Below, piece after piece: positions 9,907-19,011 of a DNA stretch of 64,000 nt (position 1 is the stretch's first letter; each line of letters begins with the position of its first letter). The notes below the pieces were generated by a model. The model was not told the origin of the DNA and did not search any database. It was given only the letters and a program-made list of their open reading frames with translations. Location: NCBI GenBank assembly GCA_026705765.1, contig JAPPAB010000158.1, positions 3,050-67,049 of the forward strand. The letters run 5' to 3'. Origin of the DNA: Gemmatimonadota bacterium (lineage in GTDB: Bacteria > Latescibacterota > UBA2968). The position numbers were made by a program, and so were the translations under genes.

Positions 9907-11853
9907 ATGGGGCAGGTGCGAGACGATCGGTTTAAGGTTCGTGCGGTGGTACTGGGATCGTTTTTTGTGGTGCTGGTGAGCGTTTGGGCCACCTATTCTG
10001 AGTTTATTGTGCGGGCCTCCCGGTTGAACATGAGTAATTTTGCGCTGGCCCTATTTGTCCCCTTTGTACTGTGTGCCCTGATTGTGAATCCGGTGCTCAA
10101 AGCGCAAAAGCCGGAGTGGGCATTCGGGCGTTCGGATTTGCTGGTGGCGTTGGCGATGGGGTTGGCCAGTGCGGTGATTCCGGCGGCAGACGGACTGCCG
10201 GGATATTTGTTGGGGATTCTTGCGGCGCCATTTTATTTTGCGACACCGGAGAATGGGTGGGCACCTTATCTGCACAATCATATCAGACCGTGGATGGCTC
10301 CCTCGGAAGACCGGCAGGCGATGACATGGTTTTTTGAGGGATTACCGCCCGGACAGGCCGTGCCGTGGGGAGAGTGGGTTTTGCCACTGTTCTGGTGGTT
10401 GAGTTTTATCGGTGCAGCGGCGTGCGTGTCGATTTGTCTGGCGGTTTTGTTGCGACGACAGTGGGTGGATCACGAGCGATTGGTCTATCCGCTGGCGAAT
10501 GTGGCGGTGGATCTGGTCTCGGCGCCAAAACACGGGATACGGATGATTGGGGGAAGGTTATTCTGGGCGGGGGCTGTGACGGGATTTGGGATGATTGCCT
10601 GGAATATCCTGTCGTATTTTTCTCCTGGAGCACCTAAATTTCCCACGGGCAGTTACCGGTCTGGAACGTCACTACCACTGGGCCGCAGTTTCCCTGGAAT
10701 CAGGATCAAACTCAATCTGTTTACGATCGGGTTTGTGTATTTTGCCAACTTGGAAGTGTTGTTTAGCGTCTGGTTTTTTTATGTGTTGAATGTATTCCAG
10801 GTGGGTATCTTAAGACGGCTGGGATTTGGTTTGAATATCTCCGACAGTTGGGGCTCGTCATACGAGGTGGCTGGCTGGGAGGGGTTCGGGGCGTTGACCG
10901 TATTTGTGGGCTGGGGATTGTGGATGGCCCGGAGGCACTTTTACGCCGCATTCCGCAGTGCTTTTAGAGGGGATCGGAACGCCGGAGATTCGGACGAGAT
11001 GATGGGTTACAGGGCGGCGGTATGGGGGATGTTTATAGGACTGGGTTATCTGGTGTTGTGGTTACACGCGGCGGGGATGGCCTATGGCGCAGCCATTCTG
11101 TGTGTTTTGGCAACGCTGGTGACGTATGTGGGAGTAGCCAAGATCGTGGCGGAGACAGGGTTGATTTACGTGCGCACCCCGCTGAGCGGTCAGGCTTTTA
11201 CGATGGCTACTCTGGGTACGCGTACCCTGTCGGGGGCAACGATGACGGCGTTGGCATTTTCCTATGCGCTGATTTCCTACCGAGGACTGTTTATGCCCGG
11301 GTTGGTACACGGGACACGGCTGGCAGATTTTGTGCGTGGCAATCGACGCCTTCTGCTCTGGGCTGTGGTATTTGGCCTGGCGCTGAGTGCAATGGTATCG
11401 ATTGCATTAACGCTTCACCTGGCTTATGTCCACGGAGCCTATCATTTTGATGTGTGGCCCTATCGAAGTGGAAACAAAGCAGCGTTTAATGCGGCAGTTG
11501 CCAAGATGAAGTCGCCACAGGGTACGGACAGTATTCGACTGATGCTGTTCGGTATCGGTGCCGCGCTGATGGGACTGCTGAGTTTTTTGCGTTACCGGTT
11601 TCCGAGGTGGCCGCTTCACCCGATCGGGCTGACCATTCCCGGCACTAATTTTACACGAGAACTGGCGTTTTCGGCCTTTCTGGTTTGGGCGATCAAGGGG
11701 TTGTTGCTGAAGGGCGGTGGAATGGTGTTGTACCGCCAATGGCAGCCTTTTTTTATAGGTCTGTTGGTTGGATATGCCCTGGCAGTAACGCTGTCTTTTG
11801 TGGTAGATCTGGTCTGGTTTCCGGGACAGGGGCATGTGGTGCATGTATTTTGA
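9907..11853 (+). CDS. large polytopic membrane protein, uncharacterised family (paralog 2)
   Basis: 648-aa ORF starting on the base after the upstream stop. Colinear with 333..2288 (LAAPFYFATPENGW, FFEGLPPGQAVPW, RRQWVDHERLVYPL, RYRFPRWPLHPIG). Confidence 0.85.
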   Translation: MGQVRDDRFKVRAVVLGSFFVVLVSVWATYSEFIVRASRLNMSNFALALFVPFVLCALIVNPVLKAQKPEWAFGRSDLLVALAMGLASAVIPAADGLPGYLLGILAAPFYFATPENGWAPYLHNHIRPWMAPSEDRQAMTWFFEGLPPGQAVPWGEWVLPLFWWLSFIGAAACVSICLAVLLRRQWVDHERLVYPLANVAVDLVSAPKHGIRMIGGRLFWAGAVTGFGMIAWNILSYFSPGAPKFPTGSYRSGTSLPLGRSFPGIRIKLNLFTIGFVYFANLEVLFSVWFFYVLNVFQVGILRRLGFGLNISDSWGSSYEVAGWEGFGALTVFVGWGLWMARRHFYAAFRSAFRGDRNAGDSDEMMGYRAAVWGMFIGLGYLVLWLHAAGMAYGAAILCVLATLVTYVGVAKIVAETGLIYVRTPLSGQAFTMATLGTRTLSGATMTALAFSYALISYRGLFMPGLVHGTRLADFVRGNRRLLLWAVVFGLALSAMVSIALTLHLAYVHGAYHFDVWPYRSGNKAAFNAAVAKMKSPQGTDSIRLMLFGIGAALMGLLSFLRYRFPRWPLHPIGLTIPGTNFTRELAFSAFLVWAIKGLLLKGGGMVLYRQWQPFFIGLLVGYALAVTLSFVVDLVWFPGQGHVVHVF

Positions 11854-11927
11854 GTTCGGGTTTATTGATGGCGGGATAAGAAATATCGCGTCGATGTAAT
11901 TTCCAATTTTTTAACCGGGAGGAAGAC

Positions 11928-13916
11928 ATGGCAAGCAATGAACAATTGCTGGCAGAGATTGACCTGGTGGGATGTCCGCTGGGGACGGTGCTGGATAAGA
12001 CAGAACCGGATCAGAGTATCGAGGAGCAATATTTCAAGGGTTGGGGGAATGCGCTGGTCGCACCCCCCAAGTGGAATATGCTGAGTAATTACCGGGTGGT
12101 GAAAGATGGGGACACAGAGGTGTTGGAGCACACTGCCAAGTCGGATCGGTGCCTGATAGCGGGTGAGCCGTTGTGGGGGGATTACACGATGGAAGCGCAG
12201 GTGCGGCAGTTGAATGCATATACCCAGCCGGGCAATGACGATCCCCACGCGATTGTCGCCCGGTCGGGGGTTATGGTGCGGTATCAGGACCTGAGGCGGT
12301 ATTATTATTTTTGTATGGAGGGGTTTGATCGGTTTGTGCTCTATCGGAGAGAAGACGAGGCCTGGACGATGCTGGCGGATCTGCCCAATGGATTTGATAG
12401 GGGACAGTATTACACGCTAAAAGTGGTGTGTGAGGGCGAGCGGTTTGCGTGTTATGTGAATGGCGAGCAGGCGTTTGTAGCTTATGACGATCGGTTTCCC
12501 ACGGGGAAGGTTGGCGTGCGTACAAATACGCGGAGTCGCATGCGCGCGGTGCGCGCCACAACGAGTGCATCTGCCGATGCTGCGTATGTGAGCCGCTTGG
12601 ACGCCTATGAAAGAGAAGTGGCAGGGGAGGCGGAGAAGTATCCGAAGCCCGTGCTGTGGAAGCGGATTGATATCGGCGAGTTCTGGCCGTGTGAGGCCCG
12701 ATACGGCGATTTTAGAGGGGCAGGGCAAAAGGAAATTGTGTTGCAGAAGGAGACGGATGAAGGCTTGCGCGTTGTGTGCTTGAATTTTGACGGGGACGTG
12801 CAATACGATCAGACTTTTCCCGCTGCAAAAGGGCTGCAAAGATCCGTGGTACACGATCTGGATGGAGATGGGGTGGAAGATTTTATCGGTATTGAGGATG
12901 ACAGGTTAAAGCTGGTGAGCGGAAAGTCGGGTGAGGTGACGGCGGAAACAGAATTGCCGAGGACGGGACCGTATCGGGGATACAGGAATGCGAGCATGGG
13001 AGATGTTTTGCATTCGCTCAGGGTAATCTGGCCGTGTAAAATTAGAAAGACGGAGAAGGCGCAGGATTTGATTTTGCGGGATGGGGATGGCGCGGGCACC
13101 GGGTATTCGATCTGGGCATTTGACGAAAATCTGAACTTGCGCTGGCGACAGGACGCGCACAATGCGTGGTATGGGATGTATATCTGGTTTTACGATGTGG
13201 ATGGCGATGGGCGGGATGAAATTTTGCCCGGTTATGATCTGTACGATGGGGATGGAAATCATCTCTGGACAATGGAGGGGTCGGAGTACATCGAGGATTC
13301 TGGCGGTGCAGGGCATATTGACCACGCTTCTTTTGGGGAATTGGATGGGGATGAGAGCAATGGGCCAGAGGTCGGGATTGCGGGGAGCGATCCGGGATTT
13401 TTCCTGGTGGATGCGCGGGATGGCTCTTTGTTGAGTCACCTCCGCTATGGGCATGTGCAGGGGATTTACGCGGGGAATTTTAGACCCGATCTGCCGGGGT
13501 TAGAGATGTGGATGGGTGATCGGTGGGGGACTTATGGGATTATGAATTTGGTGAGTGGGCAGGGAGATCCGCTGTCCCGGATGGAGCCGGATAACATGAG
13601 CCAGGGGGGACCGGCTGTGAATTGGGCAGGCGACGGGCAAGAGTTGTTGTTTATCAGTACCAGCGCGGAATCATTCGGGTTTTACGATGCAGAGTGTCGC
13701 AAGGTGATCAAACCCGTGTGCGAGGGCGTGCCATTCGATTGGGCAGGTGGGGTTGTGGAAGATGTGGTGGGAGATTCGAGGGATGAGATTACGTATGTAC
13801 ACGAGGGCACCATTTATATTCTGACGCAGGATACACCTTATAAGGGCGATAAGATCTACGCGCCTGAGCGGCGGATGGATATTTCGATACCGGGATGGAA
13901 GGAGCACGATGCTTGA
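11928..13916 (+). CDS. concanavalin/LamG (DUF1080-like) domain + FG-GAP-like beta-propeller protein, no signal peptide
   Basis: GGAGGA RBS. The N-terminal third looks like a jelly-roll (DYTMEAQVR, YYFCMEG..FVLYRRE, YYTLKVVCEGERFACYVNGEQAF, GKVGVRT). The C-terminal part repeats the propeller type of 5452..6756 (DLDGDGVEDF, YDVDGDGRDEILPGYDLYDGDGNHLW, GELDGDESNG, VGDSRDEI). No N-terminal hydrophobic segment. Confidence 0.8.
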   Translation: MASNEQLLAEIDLVGCPLGTVLDKTEPDQSIEEQYFKGWGNALVAPPKWNMLSNYRVVKDGDTEVLEHTAKSDRCLIAGEPLWGDYTMEAQVRQLNAYTQPGNDDPHAIVARSGVMVRYQDLRRYYYFCMEGFDRFVLYRREDEAWTMLADLPNGFDRGQYYTLKVVCEGERFACYVNGEQAFVAYDDRFPTGKVGVRTNTRSRMRAVRATTSASADAAYVSRLDAYEREVAGEAEKYPKPVLWKRIDIGEFWPCEARYGDFRGAGQKEIVLQKETDEGLRVVCLNFDGDVQYDQTFPAAKGLQRSVVHDLDGDGVEDFIGIEDDRLKLVSGKSGEVTAETELPRTGPYRGYRNASMGDVLHSLRVIWPCKIRKTEKAQDLILRDGDGAGTGYSIWAFDENLNLRWRQDAHNAWYGMYIWFYDVDGDGRDEILPGYDLYDGDGNHLWTMEGSEYIEDSGGAGHIDHASFGELDGDESNGPEVGIAGSDPGFFLVDARDGSLLSHLRYGHVQGIYAGNFRPDLPGLEMWMGDRWGTYGIMNLVSGQGDPLSRMEPDNMSQGGPAVNWAGDGQELLFISTSAESFGFYDAECRKVIKPVCEGVPFDWAGGVVEDVVGDSRDEITYVHEGTIYILTQDTPYKGDKIYAPERRMDISIPGWKEHDA

Positions 13917-16900
13917 TATTCGTCGCACGATCGGGTTGTTGATGGTGTTGAGTTTTGGATGCGGAGAAGAGGAGATGGCTACGCCATCCCCGGATTATGT
14001 CTCCGCATTCTATACGGGTGTGTTCGCGCTGGAGGTGGGTGCTTTTGATCGGGCGGATGCCAGTTTGAGCCGTGCTCTTACAATGGAACCCGATGAGCCG
14101 GCTGCGTGGGCAAATCGCGGGGTGTTGCGGTTGCGGCGGGGGGATTATGACGGGGCTGCAAAAGACCTGGAGACAGCGCGTTCACTGATGCCCGAGAGCG
14201 GCGCTATCGCGATGCTGCAGGGATTGGTTGAGCGGAGCAGAGGGCAATCCGACGCTGCTATCGCGTTTTTCGAGAAAGCGGCGCAACAGGGGCTTGTGAA
14301 GGCGCGGTACGCGCTGATGAAGGAGGTGGAGCGACGGGGGGGAGCAGGGAGTGAGGAAGAGGTCTGGACACAGTTGGAAGTCCTGATCAGGCAGGTGCCG
14401 GACAATCCCGCGCTGTGGATCGAGCGGGCGAGGCAGGCGGGCAAACGGGGGGATGAAAAGGCTCTGCGCGCATCGGTGGAGAAGTTGGGCGAGTGGTCGG
14501 AGGGGTGGCCGGATGCGGCGCGGGTGCAGTTGCGCAGTTTGCAGGGCGAGACGGAAGGGGGGAGTGAGGTAGCTTTGCAAGCGATGTTTTTGCACAATGT
14601 GTTGTTGCGCGATCCGATGTATCGGCGCGCGCTGGATGCACTGGTTGTGCCGGCTGAACGCCTGGGAGATCCCATAGTTAAATTTTTGAAGTTCAGTATG
14701 CCCCAGGCTATGCCGGCGCCTGCGGATTTGAACATGCGCTTTGAACCCGAACCTGTTGCGGGTTTGGAGGGAAGTGATTGGCAGGTGCTCAAGCCTTTCT
14801 GGTCGGAAGAAGAAGTAGAGGTGGTTGCGGCAAGTGCTTCTCAGGTACGGGGGACGGAGGGGATTGCGGTTGATTCCCCAGGGGTGTTGGGGATGCTGGC
14901 GGTTGATTGGGATAACGATTTTGCGTTAGATCTCGCGCTGGTGGGGGCAGAGGGTTTTCGGTTGTTCCGACGTACTGAGGATGGCGGGATTGAGGGTGTG
15001 ACTGATTCCATCGGGTTGGACGAAGAAGAGATAGTTGGCGTGTGGGGAGCGGATGTAGAGATGGATGGGGATGTCGATTTCGTTTTGGGGCGTTCTACAG
15101 GACCGCCTCTCGTGTTGCAAAACAATGGAGATGGTTCATTTGTGGCGCGAGAACTTTTCGGTAATGTAGATGGACTGAGGGGATTTGTGTGGGTAGATTG
15201 CGATGGAGATGGCGATCCCGATGCGGCGATGCTGGATCGAGAAGGGCAATTGATTGAGGCGGTTAACGAGCGGGCGGGTGTATTTACGCCGGGGGCGAAG
15301 AAGGCGGTGGATGGCGTTGCGTTAAGCGCGGGAGATCTGGATCGAGACGGGCGTTTAGAGCGCGTGGTTGTAGATGGGGATGGCACTGTGATGGCTGTGT
15401 CGCAAGGGGAGATAAGTACGCTGATTCAGGCTGATTCAACCGCTGGTCCTGCTCCGCTTCTCATAGCGGATCTGGATAATAATGGCGCGCTGGATCTGGT
15501 TTTTGACAAGCGTGCCTATCTGGCGTCGGAAGAGGCTTACCACGCTCTGGACCTGAAAGCGCGCGTGACTGGTGTGGCGGATTTGACGGGTGATGGTCGG
15601 CTCGATTTGCTGGGTGTTTCGGATACAGGTGAGGCGCTGCAACTGGTGAATGGGGGCGATTTGGCGTATCACTGGCAGGCGGTTCGCCCCGTGGGCGGTA
15701 GGGCTTCTGGCGATGGGCGGATCAATGCACTGGGTTTGGGTGCAGAAGTGGAGTTGCGTTCGGGTGCGTTCTATCAGAAGCAAGTGGTGACGGATCCGGT
15801 GGTGCATTTTGGGTTGGGGACTTATACGGGGACAGATCTCGTGAGGATTGTGTGGCCCAATGGGATGCCTCAGGTGGAGTTCGATCTGGAGGTGGATCAG
15901 GTGGTGGGTGCCGTACAGCGGTTGAAGGGGTCGTGCCCCTGGGTGTTTGCGCACAATGGGTTGGAGATGGGGTTTGTAACGGATTTTCTGTGGCGGTCGC
16001 CTCTGGGGATGCGGATCAATGCTCAGGTGGTTGCGGGTATTGCTCAGACGGAGGATTGGGTGAAGATCAGAGGCGATCAGCTAATTGCGCGAAATGAGGT
16101 GTACGATATTCGGATTACGGGTGAACTCTGGGAGACGCATTTTGTCGATTGGGTGTCTCTCGTCGCAGTTGATCATCCCGAGGGGACGTCGGTTTTTGTG
16201 GATGAGCGTTTTGCCCGGGGTGCGCCATCGCTCGAAATTTACGCGACTACGCAGCCCCGATCCTTTGCTATTGTGAAAGATGATCGGGGGCGCGATATGA
16301 CCGATAGAGTGCGGGTGCGGGACGGACAGTATGTGGATACTTTTGGGCGGGGTATTTATCAAGGGGTGACGCGAGAACACTATGTAGAGGTGGAGATGGG
16401 AGACGAGGTGCCCAGAGAAGGACCTTTGTGGCTGGTCGGTCAGGGATGGATTCATCCGACGGATAGTTCGATCAATGTGGCGCTGGGGCAGGGTAGCCAT
16501 CCGCCACCCCAGGGCCTTTCTCTGCATGTATTTGGTGGGACAGATTGGCGCGTCGTGTATCCTGATCTGGGTTTTCCTGCCGGAAAGCGCAAGACAGTGT
16601 TGATTGATTTGAGCGGCGTTTTTCCGCGGGATGTTTCCCGAAAATTTAGATTGCAGACTAATTTGGAGATTTATTGGGATCGTTTGGCGTGGGCTGTGCC
16701 GCTTGAAGACAGTGTGATGACGGTTCAATCTGTGCCTTTGGCGAGCGCACAGTTGCGTTATCGCGGGTTTTCGCAGGTGACGGAGGCAGATGCGAGTTCG
16801 CCCGAGGTGCCGGATTACCACGCGCTTGACGGAACTTCGCAAATGTGGCGAGATCTCGTGGGGTATTATACGCGATATGGAGATGTAGAGCCATTGCTGG

Positions 16901-17223
16901 CACAGGTCGATGACCGATATGCGATTGTGAATGCTGGAGATGAGATCCAGTTGCTGTTTGCGGCTTTGCCAGATCCTGGGGAGCAGGTGCGGGATTTTGT
17001 TTTGAAAGGCGATGGGTGGGTTAAGGATGGCGATTATAATACGGCTTTTTCAACGACGGTGTTGCCCTTGCCAGCGCATGGGGTTTTGTCTTATGATCGC
17101 GCGCCTGAAACACTTGAAGATGATCCGGTGTTTAAGCGCCATGCAGAGGACTGGCAGCGGTTTCACACGCGGTATGTGACGCCCGATTGGTTTGATCGGG
17201 CGCTGAGGAATGACAGGCCATGA
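13909..17223 (+). CDS. large multidomain lipoprotein: TPR-like region + FG-GAP/VCBS repeats + UnbV/ASPIC-like block + unknown C-terminal domain
   Basis: ATG overlaps the upstream stop (ATGCTTGA). Lipoprotein-like signal LLMVLSFGC. Ca loops VEMDGDVDFVL, VDCDGDGDPDA, GDLDRDGRLE, ADLDNNGALDLV and ADLTGDGRLDLL. UnbV-like block GDGRINALGLGAEVELRSG..YQKQVV....HFGLG.....LVRIVWPNG. The last ~450 aa carry no recognisable motif. Confidence 0.8.
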   Translation: MLDIRRTIGLLMVLSFGCGEEEMATPSPDYVSAFYTGVFALEVGAFDRADASLSRALTMEPDEPAAWANRGVLRLRRGDYDGAAKDLETARSLMPESGAIAMLQGLVERSRGQSDAAIAFFEKAAQQGLVKARYALMKEVERRGGAGSEEEVWTQLEVLIRQVPDNPALWIERARQAGKRGDEKALRASVEKLGEWSEGWPDAARVQLRSLQGETEGGSEVALQAMFLHNVLLRDPMYRRALDALVVPAERLGDPIVKFLKFSMPQAMPAPADLNMRFEPEPVAGLEGSDWQVLKPFWSEEEVEVVAASASQVRGTEGIAVDSPGVLGMLAVDWDNDFALDLALVGAEGFRLFRRTEDGGIEGVTDSIGLDEEEIVGVWGADVEMDGDVDFVLGRSTGPPLVLQNNGDGSFVARELFGNVDGLRGFVWVDCDGDGDPDAAMLDREGQLIEAVNERAGVFTPGAKKAVDGVALSAGDLDRDGRLERVVVDGDGTVMAVSQGEISTLIQADSTAGPAPLLIADLDNNGALDLVFDKRAYLASEEAYHALDLKARVTGVADLTGDGRLDLLGVSDTGEALQLVNGGDLAYHWQAVRPVGGRASGDGRINALGLGAEVELRSGAFYQKQVVTDPVVHFGLGTYTGTDLVRIVWPNGMPQVEFDLEVDQVVGAVQRLKGSCPWVFAHNGLEMGFVTDFLWRSPLGMRINAQVVAGIAQTEDWVKIRGDQLIARNEVYDIRITGELWETHFVDWVSLVAVDHPEGTSVFVDERFARGAPSLEIYATTQPRSFAIVKDDRGRDMTDRVRVRDGQYVDTFGRGIYQGVTREHYVEVEMGDEVPREGPLWLVGQGWIHPTDSSINVALGQGSHPPPQGLSLHVFGGTDWRVVYPDLGFPAGKRKTVLIDLSGVFPRDVSRKFRLQTNLEIYWDRLAWAVPLEDSVMTVQSVPLASAQLRYRGFSQVTEADASSPEVPDYHALDGTSQMWRDLVGYYTRYGDVEPLLAQVDDRYAIVNAGDEIQLLFAALPDPGEQVRDFVLKGDGWVKDGDYNTAFSTTVLPLPAHGVLSYDRAPETLEDDPVFKRHAEDWQRFHTRYVTPDWFDRALRNDRP

Positions 17224-19010
17224 AAGACAGCGGGATAGAGGAGAGACATCCCAATCGCGTTGTGCGGATTCTGGTGGTGCTGTTTTTTGGGCTATTGCTG
17301 GTGGTGTTGGGTATGATGAAGTGGGGAGGATGGCAGGTGGGGGAAATGAGTGGCACTGGCAGTGAACGATATGGATTCTATCTGAAGGAAGTCGGAAAAC
17401 AGGTGGGGATCGATTTTGTACACGAAGCGCCTGGGCTGGACGCAAAGCTGGATCATATTATGCCGATTATCGCGTCGATGGGCGCGGCGGTTTCGGTGGT
17501 GGATTACGACCGGGATGGTTGGCAGGATTTGTATGTGACCAGTAGTCGGAAGGGCAGTTTGAATCGGCTGTATCGCAATTTGGGAGGGATGGGTTTTGAA
17601 GATGTGGCTGCGGCAATGGGCGTGGCGGATGTGAATCACGAGGGTGTGAGTATGGGATCTGTGTGGGGGGATTACGACAACGATGGGTTCGAAGATTTGT
17701 TTTTGTATAAATGGGGCCGCCCCGAGTTGTTTCGCAATCGGGAAGGGAAGGTGTTTGAGCGCGTGACGGAAACAGCGGGTTTGCCCAGGTGGATCAATGC
17801 AGGGAGTGCGATTTGGGTAGATTACGACTGCGATGGGTATCTGGATATTTTTGTGGCGGGTTATTGGTCCGAGTCCCTGAATTTGTGGGATTTGGAGACC
17901 ACGCGGATGATGCCGGAGAGTTTTGAATACGCGAATAATGGGGGGCGGAAGTATTTGTTGAGAAACTCGGGTGATGGGACATTTGAAGATGTGACGATGA
18001 AGGTGGGAATCACGAGCAGGAGGTGGACACTGGCGGTAGGGGCGGCGGATTTGAACGGGTCGGGGTTTCCCGATCTGTTTTTGTCCAATGATTACGGAAT
18101 TTCCGAGTTGTATGTGAACGAGGGCGGAAAGCGGTTTGTCGAGATGGGTGAGCAAGTGGGGGTGGGGCGTCAGCCAAAGAGCGGGATGAATGCCGCGTTT
18201 GGCGATGTGCTGAATCGGGGAGATCTGGCAATTTACGAGACCAATATTTCTCAGGCTGGCGTTCTCATTCAGGGGAATAATTTGTGGGTGCCCGTGGGAG
18301 GCGAGACCTTGCGGTTTGAGAATTTGGCCGGGGCGATGGGCGTGGATCTGGGCGGGTGGAGTTTTGGCGCGCAGTTTGGGGATTTGAACAACGATGGGGC
18401 GCTGGATCTCGTTTTGACCAATGGGTATGTTTCGGCAGATGGCAATGGAAGTTATTGGTATGATTTTTCTCAGGTGGCGGGCGGGCATAGCGCGATTATC
18501 TCTGATGCGAAAAATTGGCCGCCGATGCGAGGCAGGAGTTTGGCAGGCCATCAGACCAAGTGCGTTTGGGTAAACGACGGGATGGGGCAATTTGTCGAGG
18601 TGGCACAGGCAGTGGGGGTTCGGGATCGATTCGATGGGCGGGCTGTGGCTCTGGTAGATCTGTGGAACCGGGGGGTGCTGGATGTGGTGGTGGCCAATCA
18701 GCGGGGCCCGCTTTTGTTGTACCGCAACACAGTGCGGACAGAGGCAAACTGGATTGGGTTCGAGCTGGTTGGGCAGCGGAGCAATCGCAGTGCGATTGGG
18801 GCGCGGGTGCAGGTGTTCTGGAATGAGGAGGTGCAGGTGCAGGAGGTATTGGGCGGTAGCGGTTATGCTGCGCAGAATCAACGTCCACTGCATTTTGGTT
18901 TAGGCGCGGGTGCAGTGGTTGATAGCGTTGCCATACGCTGGCCATCGGGACAGGTACAGATGTTTTACGCGCCCGATGTGCGGCGGGTGCATCGGATTGT
19001 AGAGAATTGA
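17220..19010 (+). CDS. CRTAC1-family protein (FG-GAP/VCBS + UnbV/ASPIC), N-terminally membrane-anchored
   Basis: ATGA overlap with the upstream stop. Anchor VVRILVVLFFGLLLVVLGMM. Loops VDYDRDGWQDLYV, GDYDNDGFEDLFL, VDYDCDGYLDIFV, ADLNGSGFPDLFL and GDLNNDGALDLVL. C-terminal block NRSAIGARVQVFW...VQVQEVLGGSGYAAQNQRPLHFGLG....VDSVAIRWPSG. Confidence 0.9.
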   Translation: MKDSGIEERHPNRVVRILVVLFFGLLLVVLGMMKWGGWQVGEMSGTGSERYGFYLKEVGKQVGIDFVHEAPGLDAKLDHIMPIIASMGAAVSVVDYDRDGWQDLYVTSSRKGSLNRLYRNLGGMGFEDVAAAMGVADVNHEGVSMGSVWGDYDNDGFEDLFLYKWGRPELFRNREGKVFERVTETAGLPRWINAGSAIWVDYDCDGYLDIFVAGYWSESLNLWDLETTRMMPESFEYANNGGRKYLLRNSGDGTFEDVTMKVGITSRRWTLAVGAADLNGSGFPDLFLSNDYGISELYVNEGGKRFVEMGEQVGVGRQPKSGMNAAFGDVLNRGDLAIYETNISQAGVLIQGNNLWVPVGGETLRFENLAGAMGVDLGGWSFGAQFGDLNNDGALDLVLTNGYVSADGNGSYWYDFSQVAGGHSAIISDAKNWPPMRGRSLAGHQTKCVWVNDGMGQFVEVAQAVGVRDRFDGRAVALVDLWNRGVLDVVVANQRGPLLLYRNTVRTEANWIGFELVGQRSNRSAIGARVQVFWNEEVQVQEVLGGSGYAAQNQRPLHFGLGAGAVVDSVAIRWPSGQVQMFYAPDVRRVHRIVEN

Positions 19011-19011
19011 A

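Noticed and set aside
17292-18893. 533-aa ORF antisense to the second CRTAC1-type gene
   Set aside because: The reasons are the same: a low-complexity H/P/I/Q-rich translation, no start context and complete overlap with a gene carrying clear FG-GAP/UnbV motifs.
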